The notes: generated by a model from the sequence alone, not told the origin. 64,000 bases of DNA from Gemmatimonadaceae bacterium (GCA_051859245.1 JBHYGA010000001.1:352001-416000), one strand, 5' to 3'. Shown: positions 9,640 through 20,360, numbered from the stretch's first letter. A program made the numbers and translations.

Positions 9640-10242
9640 CTACTCGTTACCGTCGCCGTACGATCGCACGAAGTCCACTTCAAGACGAAAGGGCCCGTCC
9701 TGCCCATCGGCCATGTACAGCCCGAGCCCCCGGATACGCGCCACCTCGATCGGCGGCGCGTTTACTGCCTGCCCGAAGACGGTGCTTCGGAGCGCGCTGA
9801 ATGGCACGCGCACAATCGTCCACTCGGCCGACGTGGCAAACGGGGCACGCCTCGATACCATTCGGCCGTATGTCCGTAAGCCGTCGTCGAGCTCCACCTC
9901 AAACTGTCGGCCACTGCCGCGCACTCGCAGTTCGATCCCCAACTGACCGGTCAGGTCCACGGCGCGCCGCGCCCGCACCGAGGTGAAGCCGCCCCCCTGC
10001 GTGACCAGCGTGCCGGTGAAGCGCAGCGTGCCCTCGTCGATCGCGACGAACCCCGCCGAACGGCCGCCCATGACCCCGTCGTTCACCACGTCCCACTCGG
10101 CCTCGTCGGCGCGGTCGAAGGTGAAGAGTGTTACCGGAGCAGACATAGGCACGGTTTCCGAGACGGGACGGTGACGCTCGGCGAATGCGCCAAGCACCAT
10201 CATCAGAGAGGGCAAGAGCAGGAAGTGCATCGCAGCATGCAT
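9640..10242 (-). CDS. CIA30 family protein
   Basis: WDVVNDGVMGGRS, GGGFTSVR, VRVPFS, DGPFRLEVDFV. Confidence 0.88.
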   Translation of the reverse strand: MHAAMHFLLLPSLMMVLGAFAERHRPVSETVPMSAPVTLFTFDRADEAEWDVVNDGVMGGRSAGFVAIDEGTLRFTGTLVTQGGGFTSVRARRAVDLTGQLGIELRVRGSGRQFEVELDDGLRTYGRMVSRRAPFATSAEWTIVRVPFSALRSTVFGQAVNAPPIEVARIRGLGLYMADGQDGPFRLEVDFVRSYGDGNE

Positions 10243-10373
10243 ACAGCGAGAAAGCGGCGCGAGGCTGGTCAGGTTCCCGTAACCCGCTTGACGCGTGCGT
10301 GGAGTTCCTCAGTTCATGTGCCGCCGCACGTCGTCTCACACGAGCAAGAGCGTGCGTCCGGAGCGCAGTGCCG

Positions 10374-10844
10374 TCAGTCCTCCGCCAGCCGGAGTTTCAT
10401 TCCCACGTGTGTGGCCTCGAAGCCGAGCCGCTCGTAAAAGCGTTTTGCATCGGCGCGCGTATTGTCGGTGGTGAGCTGTACGAGCGCACAGTTCGCGTCT
10501 TTTGCGCGCTCAATAGCGTCGGCGACAAGCGCTTCACCTATGCGGGCGCCGCGATGCGTAGCGGCAACCCGAACGCCCTCAATCTGCGCGCGCGACGCGC
10601 CGAGTCGACTGATGCCAGGAATGACTGTCAACTGGAGACAGCCCACCACTTCACCGTCGACAATGGCAACGAGCAACACGTTGCCCGTTTGCGATTCCAT
10701 TGCGGCGAACGCGGTGTGGTACGCATCCGGCAGCGGATCAGCGTATTGCTCACGCGTTGCACCGAGTGGGTCATCTGCGAGCAGACGGACCACGGCTGGC
10801 AGATCGAGTGCCGTGGCGCGACGAATGTGTGCAGCGTTCAACAT
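10374..10844 (-). CDS. GNAT N-acetyltransferase
   Basis: IEGVRVAATHRGARIG, VQLTTDNTRADAKRFYERLGF. Confidence 0.9.
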   Translation of the reverse strand: MLNAAHIRRATALDLPAVVRLLADDPLGATREQYADPLPDAYHTAFAAMESQTGNVLLVAIVDGEVVGCLQLTVIPGISRLGASRAQIEGVRVAATHRGARIGEALVADAIERAKDANCALVQLTTDNTRADAKRFYERLGFEATHVGMKLRLAED

Positions 10845-10929
10845 GCGACTGGTTGTGTGGGTGTACACAATACGCCGCTATGACGGCGAGTCTGGAGGTT
10901 CGCCAACGTGTGCCAGGGGCTGAAGCGAT

Positions 10930-11337
10930 TTATCCAGCTGGTGAGGCCTCGCTCGAAGGTTTCGGAGTAAGCGCAACAAAAAGGAGCCACGCAACACCGA
11001 GTCCAAGCAGCGTCGCGACGATGTCGTCCAGGTCAAACACCAGCGTTCGACTCGACTGCTGTATGAACTCCCACGCAATCAGCGCCAGTCCTGCACCAAG
11101 TGTGATGAATACAAACGCGCGGCGCGCATCTGCATATGAAGCGTCCGTTTTTTGGTCTGCCCAGATGCTCAGCAAGACAAATGAAATGGCAATCGCCGCC
11201 GCCACGTTTGGCATCACGCCCATCAGGTACATCACGATCTCCGGACCATCGTACCGCGACGTGCGACCCCAGTGCACGAGGCTCAGCAGGCCGAGCGCGG
11301 CGATTCCGGCAAACGCATAGCGTGTCGCAGGCTTCAT
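10930..11337 (-). CDS. Hypothetical membrane protein (about 4 TM)
   Basis: Hydrophobic segments; WEFIQ...FDLDDIVAT VanZ-like pattern. Confidence 0.6.
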   Translation of the reverse strand: MKPATRYAFAGIAALGLLSLVHWGRTSRYDGPEIVMYLMGVMPNVAAAIAISFVLLSIWADQKTDASYADARRAFVFITLGAGLALIAWEFIQQSSRTLVFDLDDIVATLLGLGVAWLLFVALTPKPSSEASPAG

Positions 11338-11396
11338 TCGACGGTTTCCTTACCGCGGACGGCCAGCGGATTGCGCGCGCATGTTTCGCGACGCGT

Positions 11397-12038
11397 TCAC
11401 GGCGCCCGGTCCCTCAGGGTGGCCAGCATCTCCGCCGACGTTCGCTCATCGCCACGTGTTGACAGTGCGTGCGCCGCACTGGTGAGATCTCGCAGTTCCT
11501 TGTTCTGACCCAACTTCCACTTGCCAACGATTTTGTCGATGCTGATTTCAATGCCAACAATCGCGGTGAGCAGGTGATCGATAAACTCCTTTGACGAATC
11601 ACCCATGCGCCACGGGCGCTGTTCGCCTACGCGGGCTTCGTGCGTCTTGGTCTGACGAGCCACGATCATGCGGACAAATTTTGCATCATCGCGTACGGTG
11701 ATTCGCCCATGCACGTGCACGGCTTGATAGTTCCACGTGGGCACCTGCTGGTGGAACTCATGCTTGCTCGGGTACCAGTTGGGCGAGATGTACGCGTCTG
11801 CCGCGCGAAAAATCACGAGTGCTTCATCGCCGTCCCGCGATTCCTGCCACACGCTGTTGGCGCGTGCCACATGCGCCAGCAGCACCTGTTTGCCGTCCTG
11901 CTCATGTAACTCAAACGGAATGTGGTTGGCGTCGAGCCCGTCGGCACCGTTTACGACCAGCACGCCGAGCGGGAACTCGCGAATGATGCGATGGAGCTCC
12001 TCCTGTCGATGCTCTTCGAAATGTTTGGGGATGTACAT
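11397..12038 (-). CDS. PaiB-like FMN-binding negative transcriptional regulator
   Basis: MYIPKHF, AHVARAN, YISPNWYPSK, VPTWNYQAVH, GKWKLGQNK. Confidence 0.9.
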   Translation of the reverse strand: MYIPKHFEEHRQEELHRIIREFPLGVLVVNGADGLDANHIPFELHEQDGKQVLLAHVARANSVWQESRDGDEALVIFRAADAYISPNWYPSKHEFHQQVPTWNYQAVHVHGRITVRDDAKFVRMIVARQTKTHEARVGEQRPWRMGDSSKEFIDHLLTAIVGIEISIDKIVGKWKLGQNKELRDLTSAAHALSTRGDERTSAEMLATLRDRAP

Positions 12039-12050
12039 GCGGCACGTGGG

Positions 12051-12563
12051 TCAGCTGTGTTTGGATGCACGATTCTTGCGATCCCATGGTAGGGCTGTCT
12101 TTCCCAGCAATACCTCCTCAACTTGTGAAACACGCGCGGCTCGCGTTTCCGCGCGCTTCGCCGATGCGACCATGTGAGCGAGTCCGCGTTGTTTACCGGC
12201 GCTCAGCGCGTCCCACGCTTTTTTCACCCGTGCTTTTTTCGAGAGCAACGCGGCGAGCTCTTCGGGCACGTCCACATCGTCTTGCGGCAACACGCGAAAC
12301 CACACTTCCACGCTGCTTCCCACTTTGAGTCCTGCCGCTTTTAGCGACGCCTTCGGCAACATCAAGTACCATTTGCCGCGCGCCGGTTGCCATGCTCCTT
12401 TCACCGGCACGCCTGACACGTCTGCCTCAATGCGTAGTCGCGCGTGTTCGTGCAGCGGTAGTTCGCTGTGCAGCGATGGGTCGAGATACACAACCGTGTA
12501 GTGATACGTGCCGACGGCATGGCGAGCGACGCGAGTTTCGAAGTGATGCGTGAAGTACGACAT
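12051..12563 (-). CDS. DUF1905 / YdeI-OmpD-associated family protein
   Basis: VDVPEEL...AWDALSAGKQRGLAHMVASAKRAETRAARV. Confidence 0.8.
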   Translation of the reverse strand: MSYFTHHFETRVARHAVGTYHYTVVYLDPSLHSELPLHEHARLRIEADVSGVPVKGAWQPARGKWYLMLPKASLKAAGLKVGSSVEVWFRVLPQDDVDVPEELAALLSKKARVKKAWDALSAGKQRGLAHMVASAKRAETRAARVSQVEEVLLGKTALPWDRKNRASKHS

Positions 12564-12634
12564 GTGACACCCTGAGTCGGAAACAAGGAGCCGTTCGGCG
12601 CCGGGCGCGCAGCCGAACTAAGCTCGCATCTTCT

Positions 12635-13851
12635 TCAGCGCGACCGCAGTGCGTGGAACTGGGAGATCGCCGTGTACACCCCGAGTCCCACACCCTCCGC
12701 CCACTGATGCGGCTCGACCAAATGATGCGTCAAAAATACCATCGCGGAACCATCGGCAGGATCCGCCTGCCACCATCCGCCCCACGCACCTGGCCAGCCG
12801 ACGGTACCTAGATGGCCGGCACACAATGTCGCGGAAGCGTGCTCCGGCTCCATGACCACCGCGACTCCCATGCCATAGCCGTGTCCGGACGCAAAGATGG
12901 GCACACCGAAAATGTTGGCCGATGTTCGCTGGGTCGGCGTGAGCTGATTGCTCGTCATCATCGCAACGGTTGAGATCGCAGCAGTTGCACGCCGTCGACG
13001 CTTCCGCGATTGAGGAACAGACGAGCGAACGTGAGATAGTCGCCCACCGTCGACCACAGTCCGGATCCACCGGATACGTACAACATGTCGTCTGGCCGTT
13101 CGGGCACGGTCGATGAACCCGTGGCAACAGTTCGGCGTGACAACTGTCCTGCGTCATTGAATCCATACAGCGCGGCACGACGGTGCCACTGCTCGCGCGG
13201 CACAATAAAACACGTATCGAGCATGCCCAGCGGCTGGAAGATCAACTCGGCTAGCACATCACCGAGCGGTTTGTTCGCGATGCGCGCGATGATGAACCCC
13301 AGCAGGTCTGTGGCGTGGCCGTACGTAAAGCTTGTCCCCGGTTGTGCAATGAGCGGCAATGACGCGAGCGCCGCGATCCATGCATCGGGTGCAACATGGC
13401 TATCCACTTCGCCGCCCAGCGCGTTCGCGAACGCCGAGCGGAGCGGCTCCGGATGAAACGCGCCGTACGTGATGCCTGCGCGTTGTGTGAGCAGATCGCG
13501 AAACGTGATCGCCCGCTGCGCGCGAACTGTGTCAGTGAACGGACCATCAGGTGAACGCAGCACACGAGCGTCGGCGAACTCCGGCACCCAAGGCGTGATG
13601 GGATCGTCGAGCGCAAAATGTCCCTGCTCGTGCAACATGAGTGCGGCAGCGCACGTGATCGGTTTCGTCATTGACGCGATGCGATAGATCGTATCGTGTT
13701 CGGCCGGTAAGCCTGCCTCAATGTCGCGAAAACCGACGCCAGCGGCGTGCTCAATCACGCCGTTCCTCCAGAGGATGGAGGATGCACCCGCCAGGGCGCC
13801 CGCGTGGACGCTTTGGTTTAGAGCGGCGGTGATGTCATTGGTAATGGGCAC
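12635..13851 (-). pseudogene. Serine hydrolase (beta-lactamase family) split by a 1-bp frameshift near 12970
   Basis: 5' frame has IASMTK (SxxK) and FTYGHATD; 3' frame continues TVAMMTSNQLT...GYGMG...GWPGAWGGWWQADP. One extra base at CAA^CCG joins them. Confidence 0.8.
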
Positions 13852-13887
13852 TGGATCGCGGTTCCGTTAAATAGTGGTTGTATAAAA

Positions 13888-13903
13888 TAATATACGTATA
13901 TTA
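13888..13903. promoter_or_regulatory. Perfect 16-bp palindrome TAATATACGTATATTA, probable TetR operator
   Basis: Sits in the AT-rich 64-bp gap between the divergent hydrolase and tetR genes. Confidence 0.7.
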
Positions 13904-13915
13904 CGTTATCCACCC

Positions 13916-14545
13916 ATGAATCCCGACAAAGCCGCTCCGTCCGATCGCCGACAGCCCAAAGGCGACAAGCGCGCCCGAACCCGGGCCGCGCTGCTCGCCG
14001 CGGCCCGCGATCTCATTCGGGAGAAGGGATTCGAGCAGACCACGGTGCACGACATCGCGCAGCGTGCGGGCATGACGTCTGGCGCGGTCTATGGGAATTT
14101 CAAGGATCGGAACGACCTGTTCATGGCGCTCGCCGACGCGCACTGGGCGCCTATCGTGCCGGTGGTTGCCGAAGGCTCGACGTTCGCCGAGACGATGCGC
14201 GCGTTCGCTGAGGCGACCATCGCGTCCCTCCCGGAGCGTCGTCTCGCGGCGGGGGGACGGCTCGCGGGAATCGCCTACACGCTCTCAAACGAGGCGCTAC
14301 GTGCGCACGTACACGAGATCACGGCGAAACGATTCGACGCTGGCGCGGAGTGGCTACGCGCGGTTGCCGAGCAGCACGAGCTGTCGATGCCTCCAGAGAC
14401 GTTTGTGCGCGTGCTTCACGCGCTCACTGAAGGGCTGTTGTTTCAGCGATTTCTCACGCCGGAGTTATACCCCGACGAGGTGTTCTACGCGGCGTTTGCC
14501 GTGTTGGCATTGAGCGCGACCCGCGTGCCCCAACCTGCGGTGTGA
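13916..14545 (+). CDS. TetR/AcrR family regulator
   Basis: LLAAARDLIREKGFEQTTVHDIAQRAGMTSGAVYGNFKDRNDLF HTH. Confidence 0.93.
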   Translation: MNPDKAAPSDRRQPKGDKRARTRAALLAAARDLIREKGFEQTTVHDIAQRAGMTSGAVYGNFKDRNDLFMALADAHWAPIVPVVAEGSTFAETMRAFAEATIASLPERRLAAGGRLAGIAYTLSNEALRAHVHEITAKRFDAGAEWLRAVAEQHELSMPPETFVRVLHALTEGLLFQRFLTPELYPDEVFYAAFAVLALSATRVPQPAV

Positions 14546-14558
14546 TCCCGCACGTGGC

Positions 14559-15206
14559 TCAGTTGCACGACGGCGGTGGCAGGGTATCCGACCGAAAGCG
14601 TCCGAGGCATGTGCGGATATCCGAGGCCACGCGTCCAAGCCCTTCATTCAACTGTGCCACGAGCGCGCTGTAATCACCGACGGGAAAGCGACCGTCACGA
14701 TAGTCGGTGTTTCCGCGCACGAGCAGCGCGCCGTCGACCGGTCGGATAATGTCCCAGGACGTTACCACGTGTGCCCCTGCGGTGGTGGCGGCGGAGTCCG
14801 CGACGCCTTCAAAACGTATCACGTGCAGTTGTACGAGATAGTCGTGCTGCGCGCGCGCCGCCCACGGCGCAATGTTCACGTGCTTCACCGGCGCAACGTT
14901 CGCGAGATGCGCGGCGACCGTATGGTTGATGCCCTCTCCAAGATCTTCGCCCCATCGATGAAACTCGGACGCTTCGATGGTGTGCGCGCCGCGACGCACC
15001 ACAACGGAAGGTGTGGCGAGATACGGCGCGAGATCGAGGCGACGAATACCCACAGTGAGTCCGGCCGAGCTCGCAGACGCAGCGGCGACAGGCGTGCGCG
15101 CACCGCTCAACACATAGTGCTGAACGGGCGGCGCATTGCGCGAAAGCTTGAAGCAGCCCGCAAGCGCGAGGGCGGCCAAAGGAAACAGCAGACGAGTAGT
15201 TCGCAT
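14559..15206 (-). CDS. PqiC-like ABC transport auxiliary lipoprotein
   Basis: Lipobox LAGC; LAPYL, EFHRWGEDL; last gene of the MCE operon. Confidence 0.82.
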   Translation of the reverse strand: MRTTRLLFPLAALALAGCFKLSRNAPPVQHYVLSGARTPVAAASASSAGLTVGIRRLDLAPYLATPSVVVRRGAHTIEASEFHRWGEDLGEGINHTVAAHLANVAPVKHVNIAPWAARAQHDYLVQLHVIRFEGVADSAATTAGAHVVTSWDIIRPVDGALLVRGNTDYRDGRFPVGDYSALVAQLNEGLGRVASDIRTCLGRFRSDTLPPPSCN

Positions 15207-15231
15207 GAGACGAGATGGTGGAAGACGCACG

Positions 15232-16218
15232 TCAGTTCCGAGGCGGCTTCTTGCCGCGAAGCAACATGTCCGGATTCTGCTCAAGCGACTGGATCAGCAC
15301 GCGCAGTGCATCTGCCGCTTCCTTCATACTTGTGAGCGCGCCTTGCAGTGCATAGCCAGGGCCGGCGTCCGCCGACAGCAGCCCATGTGTTTCGTCAAGC
15401 GTTTTGCGCAGCGCCTGTAACGTGGCAATCGCTTCCGTCGACGCACCGGTGATCTGTGTTTGCATGGGGTCAATCGCCGCCTCGGCACGCGTCGCGAGTC
15501 GCTGCACTTCAGCCATCGTGGAGTTGAGCTGCTTCGTGACCTCAGGCAGATCACGCAACACCGCCTTGATCTCCGGCGAACTCACCAGTTCCTGAATTGC
15601 ATTCGCGGACTGCACCACCGCGCTGTTGATCTCTTCCGTGTTGAAGTCAACGAGCATGTCGTTCACGCGGTTGAGGATCTTCATGACCTCGGACAGCACA
15701 CTGCCTGCGCCGCCTCCAATCGCCGCCATGAGCGATGGAGTCGTTGGAATCTCAGGGTACGCATCAGAAGCATTGGCAAGCCGCGGCGGTGTCGAGTCGC
15801 TTCGGTAGGCGAGTTCGAGATACAGCAGCCCGGTGACGATGCTCTCCATCTGCAGCTGTGCACGCAGACCGTTCTCAATCTGCTGACGCAGAACGACAGT
15901 ATCCGCAAGGTTCACATAGGTGCCGAGATGCGTGGTCAGGCGAGGCAGATCAATATCAAACTTGATCGGCACCTGAAACGATTTGTCTTGCTGATTGATC
16001 TCAATCATGATCTCGGTGACTGAGCCCACGGGCACACCCTGGAACTTCACCGGTGCGCCATTCTCGAGCCCATTCACTGATTCAGGGAAGTACGCAATGA
16101 ATGAGGTGCGACGCTCGAACCATGCATTGGACGCGAGCATTGCCACCGCCAGCACCGCGAGCGCGAGTGCGCCAACCAGAAAGAATCCGATTTTTGTGGG
16201 ATTGGCACGCATACTCAT
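15232..16218 (-). CDS. MlaD/MCE family protein
   Basis: N-terminal TM, FPESVNGLENGAPVKFQGVPVGSV, helical tail ending LEQNPDMLLRGK. Confidence 0.9.
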   Translation of the reverse strand: MSMRANPTKIGFFLVGALALAVLAVAMLASNAWFERRTSFIAYFPESVNGLENGAPVKFQGVPVGSVTEIMIEINQQDKSFQVPIKFDIDLPRLTTHLGTYVNLADTVVLRQQIENGLRAQLQMESIVTGLLYLELAYRSDSTPPRLANASDAYPEIPTTPSLMAAIGGGAGSVLSEVMKILNRVNDMLVDFNTEEINSAVVQSANAIQELVSSPEIKAVLRDLPEVTKQLNSTMAEVQRLATRAEAAIDPMQTQITGASTEAIATLQALRKTLDETHGLLSADAGPGYALQGALTSMKEAADALRVLIQSLEQNPDMLLRGKKPPRN

Positions 16219-16982
16219 GTCAGGCCTTCGCTGCTGCGGGTAAGGAACCGATGCACTTCGTCGCTCGGTGGGTTGTCGCGTAACTCTGCGGGATTGCCAA
16301 GCGCTGTCATTGTTTTTTCGTTGATGTCAAGAAACAGCGCACGGTCTGCAATTCGGAAAATGCTGTCCAGATCATGCGTCACCACCACGATGGTCGTACC
16401 GAAGCTTGCCTTGAGCTCCACGATCAGGTCGTCGAGGCGGCTGGCGCTGATCGGATCGAGACCAGAAGACGGCTCGTCGAAGAACAACACCTCCGGATCG
16501 AGCGCGATGGCGCGAGCGAGTGCGGCGCGCTTGCGCATACCGCCACTGATCGCCGACGGATAGAACTCTTCAAAACCGCGCAGTCCCACAAGCGCCAGCT
16601 TGAGTGAGACGATCTCGGCGATTACCCGCTCGTCCAGCGACGTAAACTCGGCCAGCGGCAGTGCCACATTCTCGGCGAGTGTGAGTCCGCTCCAGAGCGC
16701 GCCGTTCTGGTATAGCACACCCATACGGCGCAGGACCTGCTTTCGATGGGCGTCGTCGTCGATGTCAAACTCTTTGCCGTCAAAGAGAATGGTGCCTTCG
16801 GCCGGTGCCTTCAATCCGATCAAATGCTTGAGCAGCGTGCTCTTGCCGCTGCCGCTACCGCCCATGATGACGAAAACTTCACCACGCTGAATGGAGAAGT
16901 TGAGATCGTTCATGATCACAAGGTCTCCGTACCGCATAGTGAGATTTCGCACTTCAATCGCGGGTGTGGTCGAGATTGTCAT
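16215..16982 (-). CDS. MlaF-like ABC transporter ATP-binding protein
   Basis: Walker A GGSGSGKS, signature ISGGMRKR, Walker B LFFDEP. Confidence 0.93.
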   Translation of the reverse strand: MTISTTPAIEVRNLTMRYGDLVIMNDLNFSIQRGEVFVIMGGSGSGKSTLLKHLIGLKAPAEGTILFDGKEFDIDDDAHRKQVLRRMGVLYQNGALWSGLTLAENVALPLAEFTSLDERVIAEIVSLKLALVGLRGFEEFYPSAISGGMRKRAALARAIALDPEVLFFDEPSSGLDPISASRLDDLIVELKASFGTTIVVVTHDLDSIFRIADRALFLDINEKTMTALGNPAELRDNPPSDEVHRFLTRSSEGLT

Positions 16983-18106
16983 ATGTTGAGCAGGGCAGCC
17001 AGCCAGTCGATCACGGCGTTGGCGAGAATGATGAGTGTGATGCCGAGCACAACCGCGGAGGTCGCCGCGCGACCAACCGCGCCAGCGTCACTGCCGGTCT
17101 GCAGCCCTTTCAGGCAACCCGAAAAACCGATGACCAAGCCGAACACCAGGCCCTTGAACACGCCAAGCAGCGCGTCGGTGAGCGTCATGACGTACAACAA
17201 GCCACCAATGAACTGCTTGGCGGACAGGTCAACCATAGAAACAGACACCAGCATGCCACCCATAATGCCAACAAAATCTGCGTAGAGCGTGAGCAGCGGC
17301 ATCATCAACAGAATGCCGAGCATGCGCGGCAACACCAGATGTTCAACCGGAGAGATGCCCAGTGTGACAAACGCATCGATCTCCTCGGTGATTTTCATGC
17401 TGCCGAGCTCGGCGGCAAAGCCGGCGCCGGTGCGGCCGGCCATGATGATTCCCGTCATGAGTGCGCCCATTTCGCGCAACATGCCAAAGCCCACCAGATA
17501 CGATGTGTAGTAACCAGCGCCAAACCGTTCGAGCACGACCACGCCAAGAAAGGCAATAATCACACCAACCAGCAGCGCGATGAGTGTGACAATCGGGAGT
17601 GCCCCGGAGCTGTTCGATTGCACGACCACCCAGAACTCACGCCATCGCATGCGCACACCGCGGCCGGGCAGCTGGGCCGCCGCCAACGCGACTTCACCGG
17701 CGAAAGTGATGGTTGATTCGACGTTCGCCCATGTCGCAATGCCCTTGCTGCCGAGTCGCGCGACGAACGTTTCCTGAGCGGGCGTCTCTGCGGTGGCCGT
17801 TCGCTCGGGGACCGCTCGCGAAAGGGTGAGCAAGCGCATGACCTGTTCCGGCAGGCCAGACGGGTCCATCTCAATCTTTTCTGCCGTGCAGTAGGCTTGT
17901 GCCTGCTCGAGAAACACGAGCAGGCTGCTGTCCCAGGAGCCGAGCGCGGAGGTGTCGAACGTGAGCCTGCGCGCCTGTTCGCCGGACGCGCGACGCGAAA
18001 CGCCGGGCTCAAAGCGCGGCGTCTTCTGCTCAACCGACCAGTCGCCGGAAAGAGCGGCAACAAGCGTACCAGCGTCCGAGCGAATCTCGGCGACGGCGGA
18101 TGTCAT
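16979..18106 (-). CDS. MlaE family permease with N-terminal STAS-like domain
   Basis: WDSS STAS motif; REMGALMTGIIMAGRTGAGFAAELGSMKITEEIDA; VGRAATSAVV. Confidence 0.92.
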   Translation of the reverse strand: MTSAVAEIRSDAGTLVAALSGDWSVEQKTPRFEPGVSRRASGEQARRLTFDTSALGSWDSSLLVFLEQAQAYCTAEKIEMDPSGLPEQVMRLLTLSRAVPERTATAETPAQETFVARLGSKGIATWANVESTITFAGEVALAAAQLPGRGVRMRWREFWVVVQSNSSGALPIVTLIALLVGVIIAFLGVVVLERFGAGYYTSYLVGFGMLREMGALMTGIIMAGRTGAGFAAELGSMKITEEIDAFVTLGISPVEHLVLPRMLGILLMMPLLTLYADFVGIMGGMLVSVSMVDLSAKQFIGGLLYVMTLTDALLGVFKGLVFGLVIGFSGCLKGLQTGSDAGAVGRAATSAVVLGITLIILANAVIDWLAALLNI

Positions 18107-18213
18107 ACCAAAAAGCAGTGCAGCAGGCGAGATACCTATCGATTGAGGGTGAGACGCACGATGCTGATGTCTGCGTACCCCAAACCGTCGATCGGTGTGC
18201 CAACGCACTTACG

Positions 18214-18774
18214 TCATATGCGATCTATCTCTTGAGAGAGAGACAAGGCATGTCGCGTCGGGGAATCAACGAGTTTGGCAATCTCCCATTGCAGCACGGA
18301 GCCGAGCGTTTCGTGTATCGACGCGCTTCGCGTGACAAATCCGCACTTCCTGAGAACACCTGCAGAATCTATCGCAGTCACCCTCGTGTGCGCCTTCACG
18401 GCGAGCACTCTCGGGTCGCTGAACGCTCGCCGTACGAGCTGCAGTGTGGCGGCGGTTGCATACCCCCGCCGTCGATACGCAGGTGCAATCTCGTAGCCAA
18501 TCTCCACCCGACCGTGGTTGTCTGGCGGACCCTTGAAGCCGCCGTTGCCGACCAGCGCCGCACGCTCTGTGTCAACAAAGAAAAAGCCACCCCACTCGCG
18601 TGCATTCGCCTGCGCCTGTGCAACGTGAGTGCTGGCGAAGGCGTGAGCAAACATGGGCCAATCTTCTGGAATCGACGCGTTCAGCACGCGAGCAAGCTCA
18701 TGTCTGTCTTCACGCACCAGCTGTGCGTGCTCAGGCGACACGTCAACGAGTAACACGAACACGCTGCTCTCCAT
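18214..18774 (-). CDS. RimJ/RimL-type GNAT acetyltransferase
   Basis: VGNGGFKGPP, VEIGYEIAPAYRRRGYAT, VLRKCGF. Confidence 0.85.
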   Translation of the reverse strand: MESSVFVLLVDVSPEHAQLVREDRHELARVLNASIPEDWPMFAHAFASTHVAQAQANAREWGGFFFVDTERAALVGNGGFKGPPDNHGRVEIGYEIAPAYRRRGYATAATLQLVRRAFSDPRVLAVKAHTRVTAIDSAGVLRKCGFVTRSASIHETLGSVLQWEIAKLVDSPTRHALSLSQEIDRI

Positions 18775-18789
18775 GCTGCACTCACACCT

Positions 18790-19689
18790 TCATCGTGAGC
18801 CAGTGACGCGCGGCGTTACAGTTGCCAGATAAAGGCGTAGCGCAATCAACTCCTCGTCGGTCATGCCGCCGATTTGTTTCCATGGCATGGCCTCGTGCAG
18901 CGCGTGTCCGCTCGGATTGATGCCGGTTCGCATCGTTCGGATAAAATCGGTTTCGCTCCATGTGCCGATGCCAGTCGGTGTCAGGTTGGATGCCGCGGGC
19001 CAATCCGGCGGCGCGCCGGGAATCTTTCCGCCACCAAGCGTGGCGCCGTGACATCCCGCACAGCCGGCTGCGAGATACGCGCCGTGTTCAACCGTGGCGC
19101 CCGTTGGTGCCACCAAGGGTGCGCGTTTGTCATGATCAATCCGGTAGTACGGAAACAGCGCGAGTTGACCGGCAACGGCGAGCGCGCGCCCAACGGGTCC
19201 AACGCGCATGGGCGGCAGTATGCGGTCAACCGGCGGTTGCGCACGCATGTACGCGATGATGGCAACTAACTGGTCGTCTGCCATGCCGGCGTACTCGTGC
19301 GACGGCATGAAGCGCAACACGCGACCGTCAGGCGCGACGCCATGTCGAATCGCGGCTTCCAACGCGGCGTTGTCGTACTGTGCCAACACGCCGCCATGAC
19401 CCAACGTCAGATTTGGGGCGGTGAGCCGCATAACGAGTGGCTCGTCGACCAGCACATCGCCGCCGAGATCTGCGCCATGACAATGCACACAACCGGACAC
19501 GGCATCAACGATGTGGGCACCCTTGGCGACTGTCGCAGAATCCTGTGTCACATTCAGGGAGACGGGCGGAGGCAGTGGCACCCGATGGTGAATCAACCAT
19601 TCGGTACGCGCATACACGGCGGCGATGACGAATGCGCCAAGGGCGATGACGGCCAGGAGACCCCGGCCAATCCAGCGTAACACGTTCAT
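18790..19689 (-). CDS. Membrane-anchored di-haem cytochrome c
   Basis: N-terminal TM; two CxxCH motifs (CVHCH, CAGCH), each followed by xNLT and a distal MP. Confidence 0.9.
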   Translation of the reverse strand: MNVLRWIGRGLLAVIALGAFVIAAVYARTEWLIHHRVPLPPPVSLNVTQDSATVAKGAHIVDAVSGCVHCHGADLGGDVLVDEPLVMRLTAPNLTLGHGGVLAQYDNAALEAAIRHGVAPDGRVLRFMPSHEYAGMADDQLVAIIAYMRAQPPVDRILPPMRVGPVGRALAVAGQLALFPYYRIDHDKRAPLVAPTGATVEHGAYLAAGCAGCHGATLGGGKIPGAPPDWPAASNLTPTGIGTWSETDFIRTMRTGINPSGHALHEAMPWKQIGGMTDEELIALRLYLATVTPRVTGSR

Positions 19690-19727
19690 ATGTTCCTACG
19701 TTGATTAAGGTGAAATAGCGCGCGTAT

Positions 19728-20360
19728 TCAGCGCATCAGCCCGTGAGCCACCACGTAGCGAACGAGCTCGGCGTTCGATGTGGCAGGTAGTTTCTCCAGC
19801 AGTCGCATGCGATACGTGCTGACCGTTTTTACACTCAGCGACAGCACGGCTGCGATTTCCGTGACGGAACGTCCGGAACCGAGCAGGCACAACACTTCAA
19901 ACTCACGATCGCTCAGGCGTTCGTGTGGCAATCCCTGCGTGCCCGCGCTCAACTCGGCGGCCAATCGTTCCGCGAGAGTCGCGCTCACGTATCGACCACC
20001 CGCGTGCACTTTTCGGACGGCCGCAACCAGTTCGCCCGGCGAATGATCCTTCGTGAGGTATCCGCGGGCGCCAGCACGCAGCGCGCGCGTCGCGTACTGC
20101 TCTTCCGAGTGCACGCTGAGTACGAGCACGCCAATCGTGGGATGCATTTCGCGCAGCGCTTCCAGCAGTGGTACGAGCCCTGGTCCGGGCATTGAGACAT
20201 CCAGCAGCAATACATCGGTCGGTACTTTGCGAAGGCGCTCCACCAGATCAACACCACTGGTCGCTTCTCCAACAACCACCATATCGCCTTCGTCCGCCAC
20301 GATGCCGATGAGTCCGGCGCGAACGATCGGATGATCGTCGGCAATGAACAGACGCATCAT
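19728..20360 (-). CDS. NarL/LuxR family response regulator
   Basis: IADDH, LLDVSMP, GYLTK, LSDREFEV...KTVSTYR. Confidence 0.95.
   Translation of the reverse strand: MMRLFIADDHPIVRAGLIGIVADEGDMVVVGEATSGVDLVERLRKVPTDVLLLDVSMPGPGLVPLLEALREMHPTIGVLVLSVHSEEQYATRALRAGARGYLTKDHSPGELVAAVRKVHAGGRYVSATLAERLAAELSAGTQGLPHERLSDREFEVLCLLGSGRSVTEIAAVLSLSVKTVSTYRMRLLEKLPATSNAELVRYVVAHGLMR

Noticed and set aside
14559..18106. MlaE-MlaF-MlaD-PqiC operon as a novel system
   Set aside because: A known, widespread MCE transporter arrangement.
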